From Gaiellales bacterium (GTDB lineage Bacteria; Actinomycetota; Thermoleophilia; Gaiellales; Gaiellaceae), in the NCBI GenBank assembly GCA_038253005.1, contig JBBSHO010000002.1, positions 9,568-73,567 of the forward strand: a DNA stretch of 64,000 nucleotides, read 5' to 3'. The notes under the pieces are model-generated. The model saw nothing but the letters and a program-made list of their open reading frames with translations, searched no databases and was not told the DNA's origin. Positions within the stretch are counted from its first letter, which is position 1. Every line of letters begins with the position of its first letter. The position numbers were made by a program, and so were the translations under genes. This document shows, one piece after another, positions 29,179 through 38,053 of this stretch.

Positions 29179-31008
29179 GTGTGCGGGATCATCGGATACG
29201 TCGGGAGTCGCCCGGCCAAGGATCTGCTCCTCCGGGGCCTCGAGCGCCTCGAGTACCGCGGCTACGACTCCGCGGGGATCGCGCTGCGTGAGCACGGCGG
29301 CCTCGACTACGTCCGTGCGGTCGGCAACCTCCAGTTCCTGAAGGACGCCGCCGGCTCGAACGGGTCGCAGTCGAGCCACGGGCTCGGCCACACGCGCTGG
29401 GCGACGCACGGCTCGGTCTCGTACGAGAACGCGCACCCGCTCACCGGCTGCGAGGACGGCAAGGTCGCGATCGTGCTGAACGGCATCGTCGAGAACTACC
29501 GCGAGCTCAAGGAGTCGCTGCTCGCCGAGGGGCACACGTTCGGTTCGGAGACCGACGCCGAGGTCGTGGTGCACCTCGTCGAGCGCTACTACACGGGCGA
29601 CCTGATCGAGGCCGTACGCGAGGCCTACCGGCAGCTCGAGGGGCATTTCGCGTTCGTCGTCATCCACGACGGCCATCCCGACCTGCTCGTCGGCGCGCGC
29701 CTGCAATGCCCGCTCGTCGTCGGCGTCGGCGAGGGGGAGATGTTCCTTGCCTCCTCGATCGCCGCCTTCCTGCGCGAGACGCGCCGCATCCAGCTGATCG
29801 AGGACAACGAGATCGTCGCGATCACGCCGGAGGGCGCACGCTTCTTCGGCCAGGACGGCGAGATCGAGCACAAGGAGATCGAGCCGGTCGATTGGGACGA
29901 CGAGAGCGCCGAGAAGGGCGGCTACGAGACGTTCATGCTGAAGGAGATCTACGAGCAGCCCGACGCGGTGCGCGAGACGATCGGCGACCGCGCACGGCAC
30001 GGCAAGCTCGTGCTCGACGGTCTCGGGCTGACGGAGCTCGAGCTGAGGAACCTCCGCCGCATCGTCATCCTCGCGTGCGGCACCGCCTACCACGCCGGCG
30101 TCGTCGGCAAGTACGTGATCGAGGAGTGGGCGCGAGTGCCGGTCGAGCCGGACATCGCGAGCGAGTGGCGCTACCGCAACCCCGTCCTCTCGAGGGACAC
30201 GCTCGTGATCGGCATCTCCCAGTCCGGCGAGACGGCCGACACGATCGCCGCGATGCGTCTGGCCCGGAAGTCGGGCGCGCGCACGCTCGCGATCACGAAC
30301 ATGATGGGCACGCAGATCACTCGCGAGGTCGACTCCGTCCTCTACACGCGCGCCGGGCTCGAGATGGGCGTCGCCGCGTCGAAGACGTTCACGGCCCAGG
30401 TGTCGCTGCTCTACCTGATCGCGCTCAAGCTGGCGCAGGTGCGAAAGACACTGCCCGAGGAGGAGATCTCGTACATCCTCGACGAGGTCTACCGGCTGCC
30501 GGAGCGAATGGCGACCTTCCTCGACGCGAGCCACCCGATCGAGGAGATCGCGCAACGCCACTACGAGAAGCCGTTCTTCCTCTACCTCGGCCGCCACATC
30601 GGGCTGCCGGTCGCGCTCGAGGGCGCCCTGAAGCTGAAGGAGATCTCCTACATCCCCACCGAGGCGTACTCGGCCGGGGAGATGAAGCACGGCCCGATCG
30701 CGCTGCTCGACTCCGAGACGCCGGTCGTCTGCGTCGCGACCGACCAGAAGGTGATCTACGACAAGGTCGTCTCGAACATCCAGGAGGTACGGGCGCGTGG
30801 CGCGCAGGTGATCGCGATCGCCACCGACGGAAACGAGGGGATCCAGCACCACGCCGACGACGTGATCTACGTGCCGCGTACGCCCGCCTTTCTCCAGGCC
30901 GTGATGGCCGTGCTGCCGCTCCAGTTGCTCGCCTACCGGATCGCGCGCCTGCGCGGCCTGAACGTCGATCAGCCGCGCAACCTGGCCAAGACGGTCACCG
31001 TCGAGTAG
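29179..31008 (+). CDS. glmS: glutamine--fructose-6-phosphate aminotransferase
   Basis: GTG 29179 gives the (M)CGIIGY N-terminal nucleophile. SD GAGAGGAG lies 7 nt upstream. Two SIS domains are present, and the protein ends TVE. Confidence 0.92.
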   Translation: MCGIIGYVGSRPAKDLLLRGLERLEYRGYDSAGIALREHGGLDYVRAVGNLQFLKDAAGSNGSQSSHGLGHTRWATHGSVSYENAHPLTGCEDGKVAIVLNGIVENYRELKESLLAEGHTFGSETDAEVVVHLVERYYTGDLIEAVREAYRQLEGHFAFVVIHDGHPDLLVGARLQCPLVVGVGEGEMFLASSIAAFLRETRRIQLIEDNEIVAITPEGARFFGQDGEIEHKEIEPVDWDDESAEKGGYETFMLKEIYEQPDAVRETIGDRARHGKLVLDGLGLTELELRNLRRIVILACGTAYHAGVVGKYVIEEWARVPVEPDIASEWRYRNPVLSRDTLVIGISQSGETADTIAAMRLARKSGARTLAITNMMGTQITREVDSVLYTRAGLEMGVAASKTFTAQVSLLYLIALKLAQVRKTLPEEEISYILDEVYRLPERMATFLDASHPIEEIAQRHYEKPFFLYLGRHIGLPVALEGALKLKEISYIPTEAYSAGEMKHGPIALLDSETPVVCVATDQKVIYDKVVSNIQEVRARGAQVIAIATDGNEGIQHHADDVIYVPRTPAFLQAVMAVLPLQLLAYRIARLRGLNVDQPRNLAKTVTVE

Positions 31009-31552
31009 CGAGCTCGGCGGCCTCGGGGAGTGTCGAGGCTCGACGCTCCGGCTCCGGGACGGGAAGAGGCCAGCTCCGCTCGTCGCGGTCGACCCAGACG
31101 GCGTCCAGTCCGGCCGCGAGGGCGCCGGCGATGTCCCAGCCGTGCGCCGCGACGAGCGTTGAGCCCGCCGGCACGAGGGCGTACGTTCTCGGATCGGGCT
31201 TGTAGGCCTCCACCTCCTCGACGCTCCGCACCTCGGCGACGAGCTCGCGAAGGCCGCCTCGCTCGAGCAGCTTCTCGGTGCTCTTCCTCCCGCCGTTCGT
31301 CAGCACCCACGCTTCCGAGCCGGCGCCGCGGACGAGCTCGAGCGCTTCCCGTGCGTCGGGGTAGGGCTCCACCGCCTCGAGGCGGTCAGGGATGCCCGGG
31401 TCGACCGCGGCGGCGATCCGCTCGAACGGCTCGTAGGCTCCGGCGAGGGTGAGGGCAGTGGCGTGGTGGAGCGCCCGCGCGAACGTCGCGCTCTCGGCAA
31501 GGTCGCCCAAGTCGAAGAGCGTGCCCAGCGCGTCGAAGACGATCGCGCTCAG
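30995..31552 (-). CDS. haloacid dehalogenase type II-like HAD hydrolase (start codon non-canonical or unresolved)
   Basis: Motif I is FDALGTLFD, followed by TNG and a C-terminal Asp-rich motif. No ATG/GTG/TTG lies upstream of motif I in frame. A CTG at 31550..31552 overlaps the upstream TGA as CTGA. Confidence 0.6.
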   Translation of the reverse strand: MSAIVFDALGTLFDLGDLAESATFARALHHATALTLAGAYEPFERIAAAVDPGIPDRLEAVEPYPDAREALELVRGAGSEAWVLTNGGRKSTEKLLERGGLRELVAEVRSVEEVEAYKPDPRTYALVPAGSTLVAAHGWDIAGALAAGLDAVWVDRDERSWPLPVPEPERRASTLPEAAELATRR

Positions 31553-33600
31553 CCTTTCGACCTCTGACTGCTCTCGGGCGCGCGGAGACGCAGCTTCTTC
31601 AGCGACGGCGGGAGGTGCGGCCGCGAGCGTGCCCGCCCGCCCTTTGCGTCGAGCCCGAGGAGCGTCCGCAGCGCGAGCAGCGGGGCCCCGGCCGCCCAGG
31701 CCTGGGGCTTGAGAGCGTCCGGATATTCGATCGGCACGTTGCCGTCGTCCCGCTCGAAGCCGGCGAAGAGCTCGGGAAGCTGATGCCCGAACGCCGCGGC
31801 CGCTTCGAGCAGCGCTTCGCAGAGGCGCGCGGCTTCGTCGCGAAAGCCGTACCGGCGCATACCGGCCGCGGCGATCGCGGTGTCGTGGGGCCATACGGTG
31901 CCGTTGTGGTACTCGAGCGGGTTGTAACCACCGTCCTCCGACGACATCGTCCGGAGTCCCCACCCGTTGAACAGGTCCGGCTCGAGCAGGCGCCGCACGG
32001 TCGCGCGGGCCCGTCGATCCTCGACGATGCCGCTCCACAGGAGGTGGCCGATGTTGGAGGTCATCGCATCGACCTGCTGCTTCTCACCGTCGAGCGCGAG
32101 GACGAAGTGGCGCCGCTCCTTGCTCCAGAAGTCGCGGTTGAAGCGGCGCTTCAGCTCCGCTGCCTCCTGCTCCAGCCGTGACGCCAGCTCCGGATCGCCC
32201 CAGAGCTCGCGCGCCATCCGCGCCGTCCGCAGCCGTGCGTCGTAGGCGTATCCCTGCAGCTCGCACGTTGCGATCGGCGGCTCGGCCTGGCGGCCGTCGG
32301 CGAAGCGCATCGAGTTGCTCGAGTCCTTCCAGCACTGGTTGTCGAGCGCCCATTCCGAGCTGGAGCGCTTGCGGTACTCGACGTAGCCGTCGCCGTCGAG
32401 GTCGGCGGGCCCCTCGATCCACCCGAGCGCGGCCCGGGCGTTCGGCTCGAGCCGGCGCACGAGCTCGGCGTCGCCCGTCCAGCGCTCGTACTCGTCGAGC
32501 AGGATGAGGAACAGGGAGGTCGTGTCGTGCGCCCCGTAGTACGGCGTGTGCGGGATCTCCTTCAACGCCGCGAGCGTCCCGCGCCGGAGCTCGTGCAGGA
32601 TCTTGCCGGGCTCGGCGTCGCGGAAGTTGTCCCATTCCGTCGCCTGGAGCTCTGCGAGCGTCCTGAGCGTCGCCTCGGCCAGCTCGGCCTGGAACGGCAG
32701 CGTCTCGTAGGCCGCGATCATGCTGTCGCGACCGAACACCGTCATGTACCAGGGGAGACCGCCGCCCGGCATCGCGAAGCGCAGTCGATTTTCCTCGGGC
32801 CTGATCCGCAAGGCGGCCAGGTCGAGCAGGCTCTGACGGTAGGTGCGCTGGATCGCGGCGTCGGTCGTCTCGAGCCTCGGAGATGTCTCGATCCAGTCGT
32901 CGAGGCTCATCGCCATCTTCGGTGCATGGGCGCCGAAGGAGCCGCAGCCGAGCATGGGCGCGCGGCGGCGCCCGTCGACGACCGGGGACACGTCGATGCA
33001 GGTCTCCCAGCGCTCGTGCGGGCCGAGCCGGAGCTCGAACTTCGCCGTGTTCGCGGACATCGTGCAGTGGCGCTTGAACGTGATCGCGGTGCCTCGCCGG
33101 TACCCCTCCCGCTCGTGCCAGAGCGTCGCCGAGCGGGAGCCGACCTCGACCCACCGGCGACCCTCGCTGTTCCCGGGGCCGCCGGCCTGAGCGTCCATCA
33201 CGTCGGCGAAGTCGGAGCCGAACCGAATCTCGATCCTGACCCGCAGCTTGTCGTCGGTCAAGTTCTCGACGGCGACGTCCTCGTGCATCCCCTCGGTGAC
33301 GAAGCGGTCGCGCCGGATCGAGAGCGGGGGGCCGTCTGTCTTTCCCGGAGGGATCCCGACGATCCGGGCGGAGAAGTAGTCGACGCGCCTGCTCGTGAGC
33401 GGCTCGATCGGCTTCCCGTCGACACGGAGCCACCAGCGGGACAGGTGCCGGACGTCGCGGTAGAAGAAGCCCTCCGCCGCTTCGGCCTCCACGTCGCCGC
33501 AGTGGTCGGAGAAGAAGAACGTGGTTCCGTCGAGGATGATCAGATCGTCGGTCATCCGCTCGGTCTTGCCCGTGTCGGCGCGCTTTAGTCCGGTGGCCAC
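31549..33600 (-). CDS. amylo-alpha-1,6-glucosidase / glycogen debranching enzyme family protein
   Basis: It has the GDE N-terminal pattern (ILDGTTFFFSD) and a six-hairpin glycosidase C-terminal domain (GLPWYMTVFGRDS, NGTVWPHD). An alternative start is ATG 33555. Confidence 0.8.
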   Translation of the reverse strand: MATGLKRADTGKTERMTDDLIILDGTTFFFSDHCGDVEAEAAEGFFYRDVRHLSRWWLRVDGKPIEPLTSRRVDYFSARIVGIPPGKTDGPPLSIRRDRFVTEGMHEDVAVENLTDDKLRVRIEIRFGSDFADVMDAQAGGPGNSEGRRWVEVGSRSATLWHEREGYRRGTAITFKRHCTMSANTAKFELRLGPHERWETCIDVSPVVDGRRRAPMLGCGSFGAHAPKMAMSLDDWIETSPRLETTDAAIQRTYRQSLLDLAALRIRPEENRLRFAMPGGGLPWYMTVFGRDSMIAAYETLPFQAELAEATLRTLAELQATEWDNFRDAEPGKILHELRRGTLAALKEIPHTPYYGAHDTTSLFLILLDEYERWTGDAELVRRLEPNARAALGWIEGPADLDGDGYVEYRKRSSSEWALDNQCWKDSSNSMRFADGRQAEPPIATCELQGYAYDARLRTARMARELWGDPELASRLEQEAAELKRRFNRDFWSKERRHFVLALDGEKQQVDAMTSNIGHLLWSGIVEDRRARATVRRLLEPDLFNGWGLRTMSSEDGGYNPLEYHNGTVWPHDTAIAAAGMRRYGFRDEAARLCEALLEAAAAFGHQLPELFAGFERDDGNVPIEYPDALKPQAWAAGAPLLALRTLLGLDAKGGRARSRPHLPPSLKKLRLRAPESSQRSKG

Positions 33601-33648
33601 GGAGCGGGCCTGACCGAGCGCAAGGAGCTGCGCCCGGGATCGGATCGA

Positions 33649-34047
33649 CTAGGGGATCTTGAGCGTGTGGTCGGCGGTCCGTCCCGCGCGCGCCGCGGCG
33701 GTCGCCAGGCCGGTCGTCCGGTAGACGGCGAACGTCGAGTCGAGCCCGGTGATCGAGAGGATCCGGTTCACCTGCGTGTGTTCTTCGCTGTCGAGCACGA
33801 GCGTGAATCCCAGCTCCGCCTGCTCCGCGTCGTGCCGAGACCCGAGGAGGGCGCTGATCGTCGCCGAGTCGATGAACGAGGCTTCGCGGAGATCGACGAC
33901 GACCCGCAGTCCGCTATCGATCAGGTGGGCGAGCTCGCTCTCCAGGCGGCGCGCGGAGAACGCGTCGTGCTCGCCGATCAGCGCGACGACGGCGACCGCG
34001 GGATCCTGCTCTTCGAGTGTGATCGAGATCGGGGCCATGACTTCCAA
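33649..34047 (-). CDS. STAS domain protein (anti-sigma factor antagonist, SpoIIAA-like)
   Basis: The 132-aa ORF contains VVDLREASFIDSATISAL with the conserved Ser. The start is TTG 34047 or ATG 34038. Confidence 0.75.
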   Translation of the reverse strand: MEVMAPISITLEEQDPAVAVVALIGEHDAFSARRLESELAHLIDSGLRVVVDLREASFIDSATISALLGSRHDAEQAELGFTLVLDSEEHTQVNRILSITGLDSTFAVYRTTGLATAAARAGRTADHTLKIP

Positions 34048-34081
34048 GCCATAAACGCCAGCCCGCCCTTTTCGGTTGCGC

Positions 34082-34486
34082 TCAGATGGGGCGACGGAGC
34101 CGTTTTGTCTCCGAGCGTCGCCGCTTCTGCTCGAGTCGACGCTCCCGCGCGGCCTTCGTCGGCTTCGTCGGCTTCCGCCTCCGCGGCACGCGCAGCGCCT
34201 CGCGCAACTGCTCCACCAGCCTGCCGACCGCGAGCTCGCGGTTGCGCAGCTGGCTTCGCTCGTCCTGTGCGATCGCCCGGAGGACGGGGCCGGCCTTCGT
34301 CGTGACGCGCCTCTTCTGCGCCGCGCTCAGGGCCATGGTCGCGTTCACGTCCAGGACCGCCTCGACCCGCGTCTCCGAGGTCTGCGCGTGCTGCCCGCCG
34401 GGACCGCTCGAGCGAGAGAACCGCAGCTGGATCTCCGCGAGCGGCAGCACGACCGAGCGAGTGACGCGAATAGAATCGCCGTCCAT
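34082..34486 (-). CDS. arfB: alternative ribosome-rescue factor ArfB (GGQ peptidyl-tRNA hydrolase)
   Basis: The GGQ motif is SSGPGGQHAQ and the tail is basic. The N-terminus aligns in length with E. coli ArfB when started at ATG 34486. Confidence 0.85.
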   Translation of the reverse strand: MDGDSIRVTRSVVLPLAEIQLRFSRSSGPGGQHAQTSETRVEAVLDVNATMALSAAQKRRVTTKAGPVLRAIAQDERSQLRNRELAVGRLVEQLREALRVPRRRKPTKPTKAARERRLEQKRRRSETKRLRRPI

Positions 34487-34498
34487 GGCGGCGATTCT
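34472..34498. promoter_or_regulatory. 10-bp inverted repeat AGAATCGCCG / CGGCGATTCT flanking the overlapping start codons of arfB and the HAD-IIA gene
   Basis: Read directly from the sequence. The arms contain the -10-like TAGAAT (plus strand) and GAGAAT (minus strand). Confidence 0.6.
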
Positions 34499-35261
34499 CC
34501 TCGATGTCGACGGCGTCTTCCAGGTGTCCGGCGAGCCGATCGCCGGCGGCGCGGAGGCGGTGCGGCGGTTACGGCAGAACGGGCACCGGCTCCGATTCGT
34601 GACGAACAACACGACCCGTTCCCGGGCGACGCTGGCTGCGGAGCTACGCGGGATCGGGATCGAGCTCGACGACGAGGAGCTTCAGACGACGCCGCGGGCG
34701 GCGGCGCGCGCGCTCGCCGGCAAGCGGGTGCTCGCGCTCACGATGCACGCGATCGTGGCCGACCTCGAGGGGATCGAGCTCGTCGGCGAGGACGCGGAGG
34801 CCGTTCTCCTCGGCGGCGCCGACGAGACGCCCGAGTCGAACCTCGTCTTCAGCTATATGAACCTCGCGCGCGCCTTCTCGGAGCTCGAGACCGGCGCCGA
34901 CCTCTACTGCCTGCACAAGAATCGCTGGTGGCAGACGAAGCGGGGGCCGATGCTCGACGCGGGCGCGTTCGTCGCGGGCCTCGAGTACTCGGCGGGCGCA
35001 GACGCGACCATTCTCGGCAAGCCCAGCGCGGCGTACTACGAGGCGGCGCTCGAGGCCGTCGACGGGGACGCGGAGCTGACCTGGATGGTCGGGGACGACA
35101 TCGAGGCGGACATCGCCGGCGCGCAGGGTTTCGGGATGAAGACGGTGCTCGTTCGCACGGGCAAGTTCCGGCCCGACGCGGTCGACCGGACGAACGTCCG
35201 CCCGGACGGGATCGTCTCCTCGATCGCTCAACTCCCGGACTGGCTCGAAGAGCGCCTCTAG
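34485..35261 (+). CDS. HAD-IIA family hydrolase (NagD-like)
   Basis: MAAILLDVDGVF (motif I), TNNTT, and GKP with GDD motifs are present. The internal ATG of track ORF 34086..35261 was used. Confidence 0.8.
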   Translation: MAAILLDVDGVFQVSGEPIAGGAEAVRRLRQNGHRLRFVTNNTTRSRATLAAELRGIGIELDDEELQTTPRAAARALAGKRVLALTMHAIVADLEGIELVGEDAEAVLLGGADETPESNLVFSYMNLARAFSELETGADLYCLHKNRWWQTKRGPMLDAGAFVAGLEYSAGADATILGKPSAAYYEAALEAVDGDAELTWMVGDDIEADIAGAQGFGMKTVLVRTGKFRPDAVDRTNVRPDGIVSSIAQLPDWLEERL

Positions 35262-35265
35262 CGTC

Positions 35266-35625
35266 GTGCGCGTCGGCCTGGATCTGATCGAGATCGAGCG
35301 GATCCGGCGCGCACTGGAGCGATATCCCGCGTTTCGCGAACGCTGCTTCACCGAGGCCGAGCGCGCCTACTGCGACTCTCGCAAGAATCCGGCGCAGAGC
35401 TACGCGGGCCGCTTCGCCGGCAAGGAAGCGGTCGGAAAGGCGCTCGGGATCGGTGTTCGGTTCACGTGGCGGGAGATCGAGATCGCAGGGCGGCTGAAGC
35501 CGCGGGTGCGGCTGTCCGGACGCACGGGAGCGTGGGCGGCGAAGGCCGGGGCGGGGCGGATCGATCTGTCGATGACGCACTCTCGAGAGCTCGCCGCCGC
35601 GATCTGCGTCGTCGAAGAGGGGTGA
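35266..35625 (+). CDS. acpS: holo-[acyl-carrier-protein] synthase
   Basis: The 119-aa ORF contains GLDLIEIERI...FAGKEAVGKAL. Confidence 0.88.
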   Translation: MRVGLDLIEIERIRRALERYPAFRERCFTEAERAYCDSRKNPAQSYAGRFAGKEAVGKALGIGVRFTWREIEIAGRLKPRVRLSGRTGAWAAKAGAGRIDLSMTHSRELAAAICVVEEG

Positions 35626-36944
35626 TGCTCGAGCCGCTCTACACCGCGGCCGAGCTGCGCACCGCCGAGGCGGGGCACGACGTGGACGCGATGATGGAAC
35701 GGGCGGGTCGGGCGGTCGCAGAGACGGTGCTGGCACGGTTCCCCGGCGCGCGGAAGGTCGCTGCCGTGTGCGGGAAGGGCGCGAACGGCGGGGATGGACG
35801 GATCGCGCTGCGAATCCTCGGCGCCCAGGGCCTCGGGACGACGGACGAGCTGGACGCGGACGCCGACGTCGTCGTGGACGCGCTCCTAGGGACTGGCTTC
35901 CGCGGCGAGCCGCGCCCCGACGCGGCCGCGCTGATCGGGCGGATGAACGAGCATCGTGCGCCGGTCCTGGCGGTCGACCTTCCCTCGGGCGTGGACGCGT
36001 CCACGGGCGAGGTGGCCGGGGAGGCCGTGGACGCTGCGGTCACGGTGACGATGCACGGGCCGAAGGTGGGGCTCGCCGTCGCTCCGGGCCGATTCCACGC
36101 CGGCGAGGTGGTCGTCGCCGACATCGGCCTCGAGGCGATCGAGACGCGGAACCGCGCCGTCGGCGCCGGGATCCTCGCGCTCGTTCCACGGCGCGGGCCC
36201 GGAGACACGAAGTACAGCGCGGGCTCCGTCCTCGTCGTCGGCGGCTCGCCCGGGATGGTCGGCGCGGTCTGTCTCGCGGCCGAGGCTGCGTTCCGGGCCG
36301 ACGCGGGCTACGTCGCGGTCGCCGTGCCCGGAGAGTCGCTGCCGGTTGTCGAGGCGCGGCTGCTCGAGGCCGTGAAGCGGCCGCTCGAGGATGTCGACGA
36401 GGCGGCGGAGCGCGCGGGCGCGCTCGCGATCGGTCCCGGGCTCGGCCGCGGGGGCGACCGGAAGGAGCTCGTCCGCCGGCTGCTCGGGCGGCTCGAGATT
36501 CCGGCCGTCGTCGACGCGGACGCGCTCTTCGACCTCGAGCCGATCGCCTGGCCGGGGCCGCGCGTGCTGACGCCGCATGCGGGCGAGCTCGGCCGGCTGA
36601 TCGGTGAGGACTCGGACTGGGTTTCCGCGCACCGCCTCGAGGCCGCGCAGCGCGCAGTCGAGCGGTTCGGCTGCGTCGTGCTGCTCAAGGGCACCGACAC
36701 GCTCGTCGCCGCACCGGGCGAGGGCGTGCTCGTCTGCGCGGAAGGTCTGCCGTCGCTCGCGACAGCGGGTTCCGGCGACGTGCTGACCGGCGTCGTCGGA
36801 GCGTTTCTGGCCAAGGGCGTGGAGCCGCGCCTCGCCGCCGCCGCCGCCGCCTTCGCGCACGGGCGGGCGTCGATCGAGGCGTCACAGCGCGCCGGCCTCG
36901 TCGCGAGCGACCTGATCGCCGCGCTCCCCGCCGTCCTCGCCTGA
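35625..36944 (+). CDS. nnr: bifunctional NAD(P)H-hydrate repair enzyme (epimerase/dehydratase, YjeF)
   Basis: It has a YjeF_N domain (CGKGANGGDG) and a carbohydrate-kinase-like C-terminal domain (GSGDVLTG). The start overlaps the acpS stop by 1 nt. Confidence 0.85.
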   Translation: MLEPLYTAAELRTAEAGHDVDAMMERAGRAVAETVLARFPGARKVAAVCGKGANGGDGRIALRILGAQGLGTTDELDADADVVVDALLGTGFRGEPRPDAAALIGRMNEHRAPVLAVDLPSGVDASTGEVAGEAVDAAVTVTMHGPKVGLAVAPGRFHAGEVVVADIGLEAIETRNRAVGAGILALVPRRGPGDTKYSAGSVLVVGGSPGMVGAVCLAAEAAFRADAGYVAVAVPGESLPVVEARLLEAVKRPLEDVDEAAERAGALAIGPGLGRGGDRKELVRRLLGRLEIPAVVDADALFDLEPIAWPGPRVLTPHAGELGRLIGEDSDWVSAHRLEAAQRAVERFGCVVLLKGTDTLVAAPGEGVLVCAEGLPSLATAGSGDVLTGVVGAFLAKGVEPRLAAAAAAFAHGRASIEASQRAGLVASDLIAALPAVLA

Positions 36945-36956
36945 CACCGCCAGACC

Positions 36957-36992
36957 GGACACGCCCCGGGGTCAGACCCCCGGCCGTGGCTC
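36957..36992. repeat. degenerate copy C of the GGGGTC-W-GACCCC palindrome (GGACACGCCCCGGGGTC-A-GACCCCCGGCCGTGGCTC)
   Basis: It has the same core and similar flanks to copy B and lies 3' of nnr and upstream of alr. Confidence 0.6.
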
Positions 36993-37018
36993 GGGGGGAC
37001 GCGTCGGTTTACGGGCTC

Positions 37019-37024
37019 TAAGCT
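37019..37024 (+). promoter_or_regulatory. -10-like TAAGCT, 6 nt upstream of alr ATG
   Basis: Fixed-distance TANNNT pattern. Confidence 0.5.
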
Positions 37025-37030
37025 CCGACC

Positions 37031-38053
37031 ATGCACCGCTCGGAGATCACGATCGACCTCGGGGCCCTTCGGCGGAACGTCCGCACAGTGCTCCGGGGGC
37101 TCGAAGGCGCCGAGCTCTGGGCGGTGGTCAAGGCGAACGCCTACGGGCACGGAGCGGCCGACGCCGGCGGGGCCGCGCTCGGGGCCGGAGCCGCCGGGCT
37201 CTGCGTCGCCACCGTCCCGGAGGGGCTCGCGCTGCGCCCCGAGTTTTCGGGTGTTCGGATCCTCGTTATGGGCCCCCCCGGATCGAGCCGCGAGATCGCC
37301 CAGGCGCGGGAGGCCGGGCTCGAGCTGGCGATCGCGGACGGCGAGGCGCCGGAGGGCCTCCGTGTCCATCTCAAGCTCGATACCGGGATGGGCCGCTTCG
37401 GGCTCTCCGAGCTACCGCAGCCGCCGGCGGAGGTCGTCGGCCTGATGTCTCACCTGGCCACGGCCGACACGGATCCTGCGTTCGCGCACGAGCAGATCGA
37501 GCGCTTCCGGGAGGCGACCGACGAGTACGCCCACCTGACGCGCCACGTCGCGAACAGCGCAGCCGCGCTCAGGATCCCGGAAGCTCGCTTCGACGCCGTC
37601 CGTTGCGGCGTCGCGCTCTACGGCCTCTCTCCCTTCGGCACGAATCCCACGGACGACGGCCTCGAGCCGGTTCTCGCGTGGCAGAGCGGCCTGGCGCAGG
37701 TGAAGCGGCTCCAGCCGGGGGAAAGCGCCGGCTACGGGCGCCGGTTCGTCGCCGAGCGAGCGACCTGGATCGGACTCGTGCCGGTGGGCTACGGCGACGG
37801 CTTCCGCCGCGACCTCACGGGAACCGAGGTGCGGGTGGCGGGCGAGCCGCGCCGGGTCGTCGGCACGGTCTCGATGGACTCCTTCGCCGTCGAGCTCGAC
37901 CGCGAGCTGCCGGTCGGGACGCCGGTCGTCCTGCTCGGGCACGGCGTTCTCGCCGAGGCGCACGCGGGCGTCGCGGGGACGATCAACTACGAGCTCCTGT
38001 GCGGGATCGAGTCGGGGCCGCTGCGGGCGCGGAGGACGGTCGTGGATGGCTGA
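37031..38053 (+). CDS. alr: alanine racemase
   Basis: The PLP-Lys motif VVKANAYGHG is present in the 340-aa ORF. Confidence 0.88.
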   Translation: MHRSEITIDLGALRRNVRTVLRGLEGAELWAVVKANAYGHGAADAGGAALGAGAAGLCVATVPEGLALRPEFSGVRILVMGPPGSSREIAQAREAGLELAIADGEAPEGLRVHLKLDTGMGRFGLSELPQPPAEVVGLMSHLATADTDPAFAHEQIERFREATDEYAHLTRHVANSAAALRIPEARFDAVRCGVALYGLSPFGTNPTDDGLEPVLAWQSGLAQVKRLQPGESAGYGRRFVAERATWIGLVPVGYGDGFRRDLTGTEVRVAGEPRRVVGTVSMDSFAVELDRELPVGTPVVLLGHGVLAEAHAGVAGTINYELLCGIESGPLRARRTVVDG

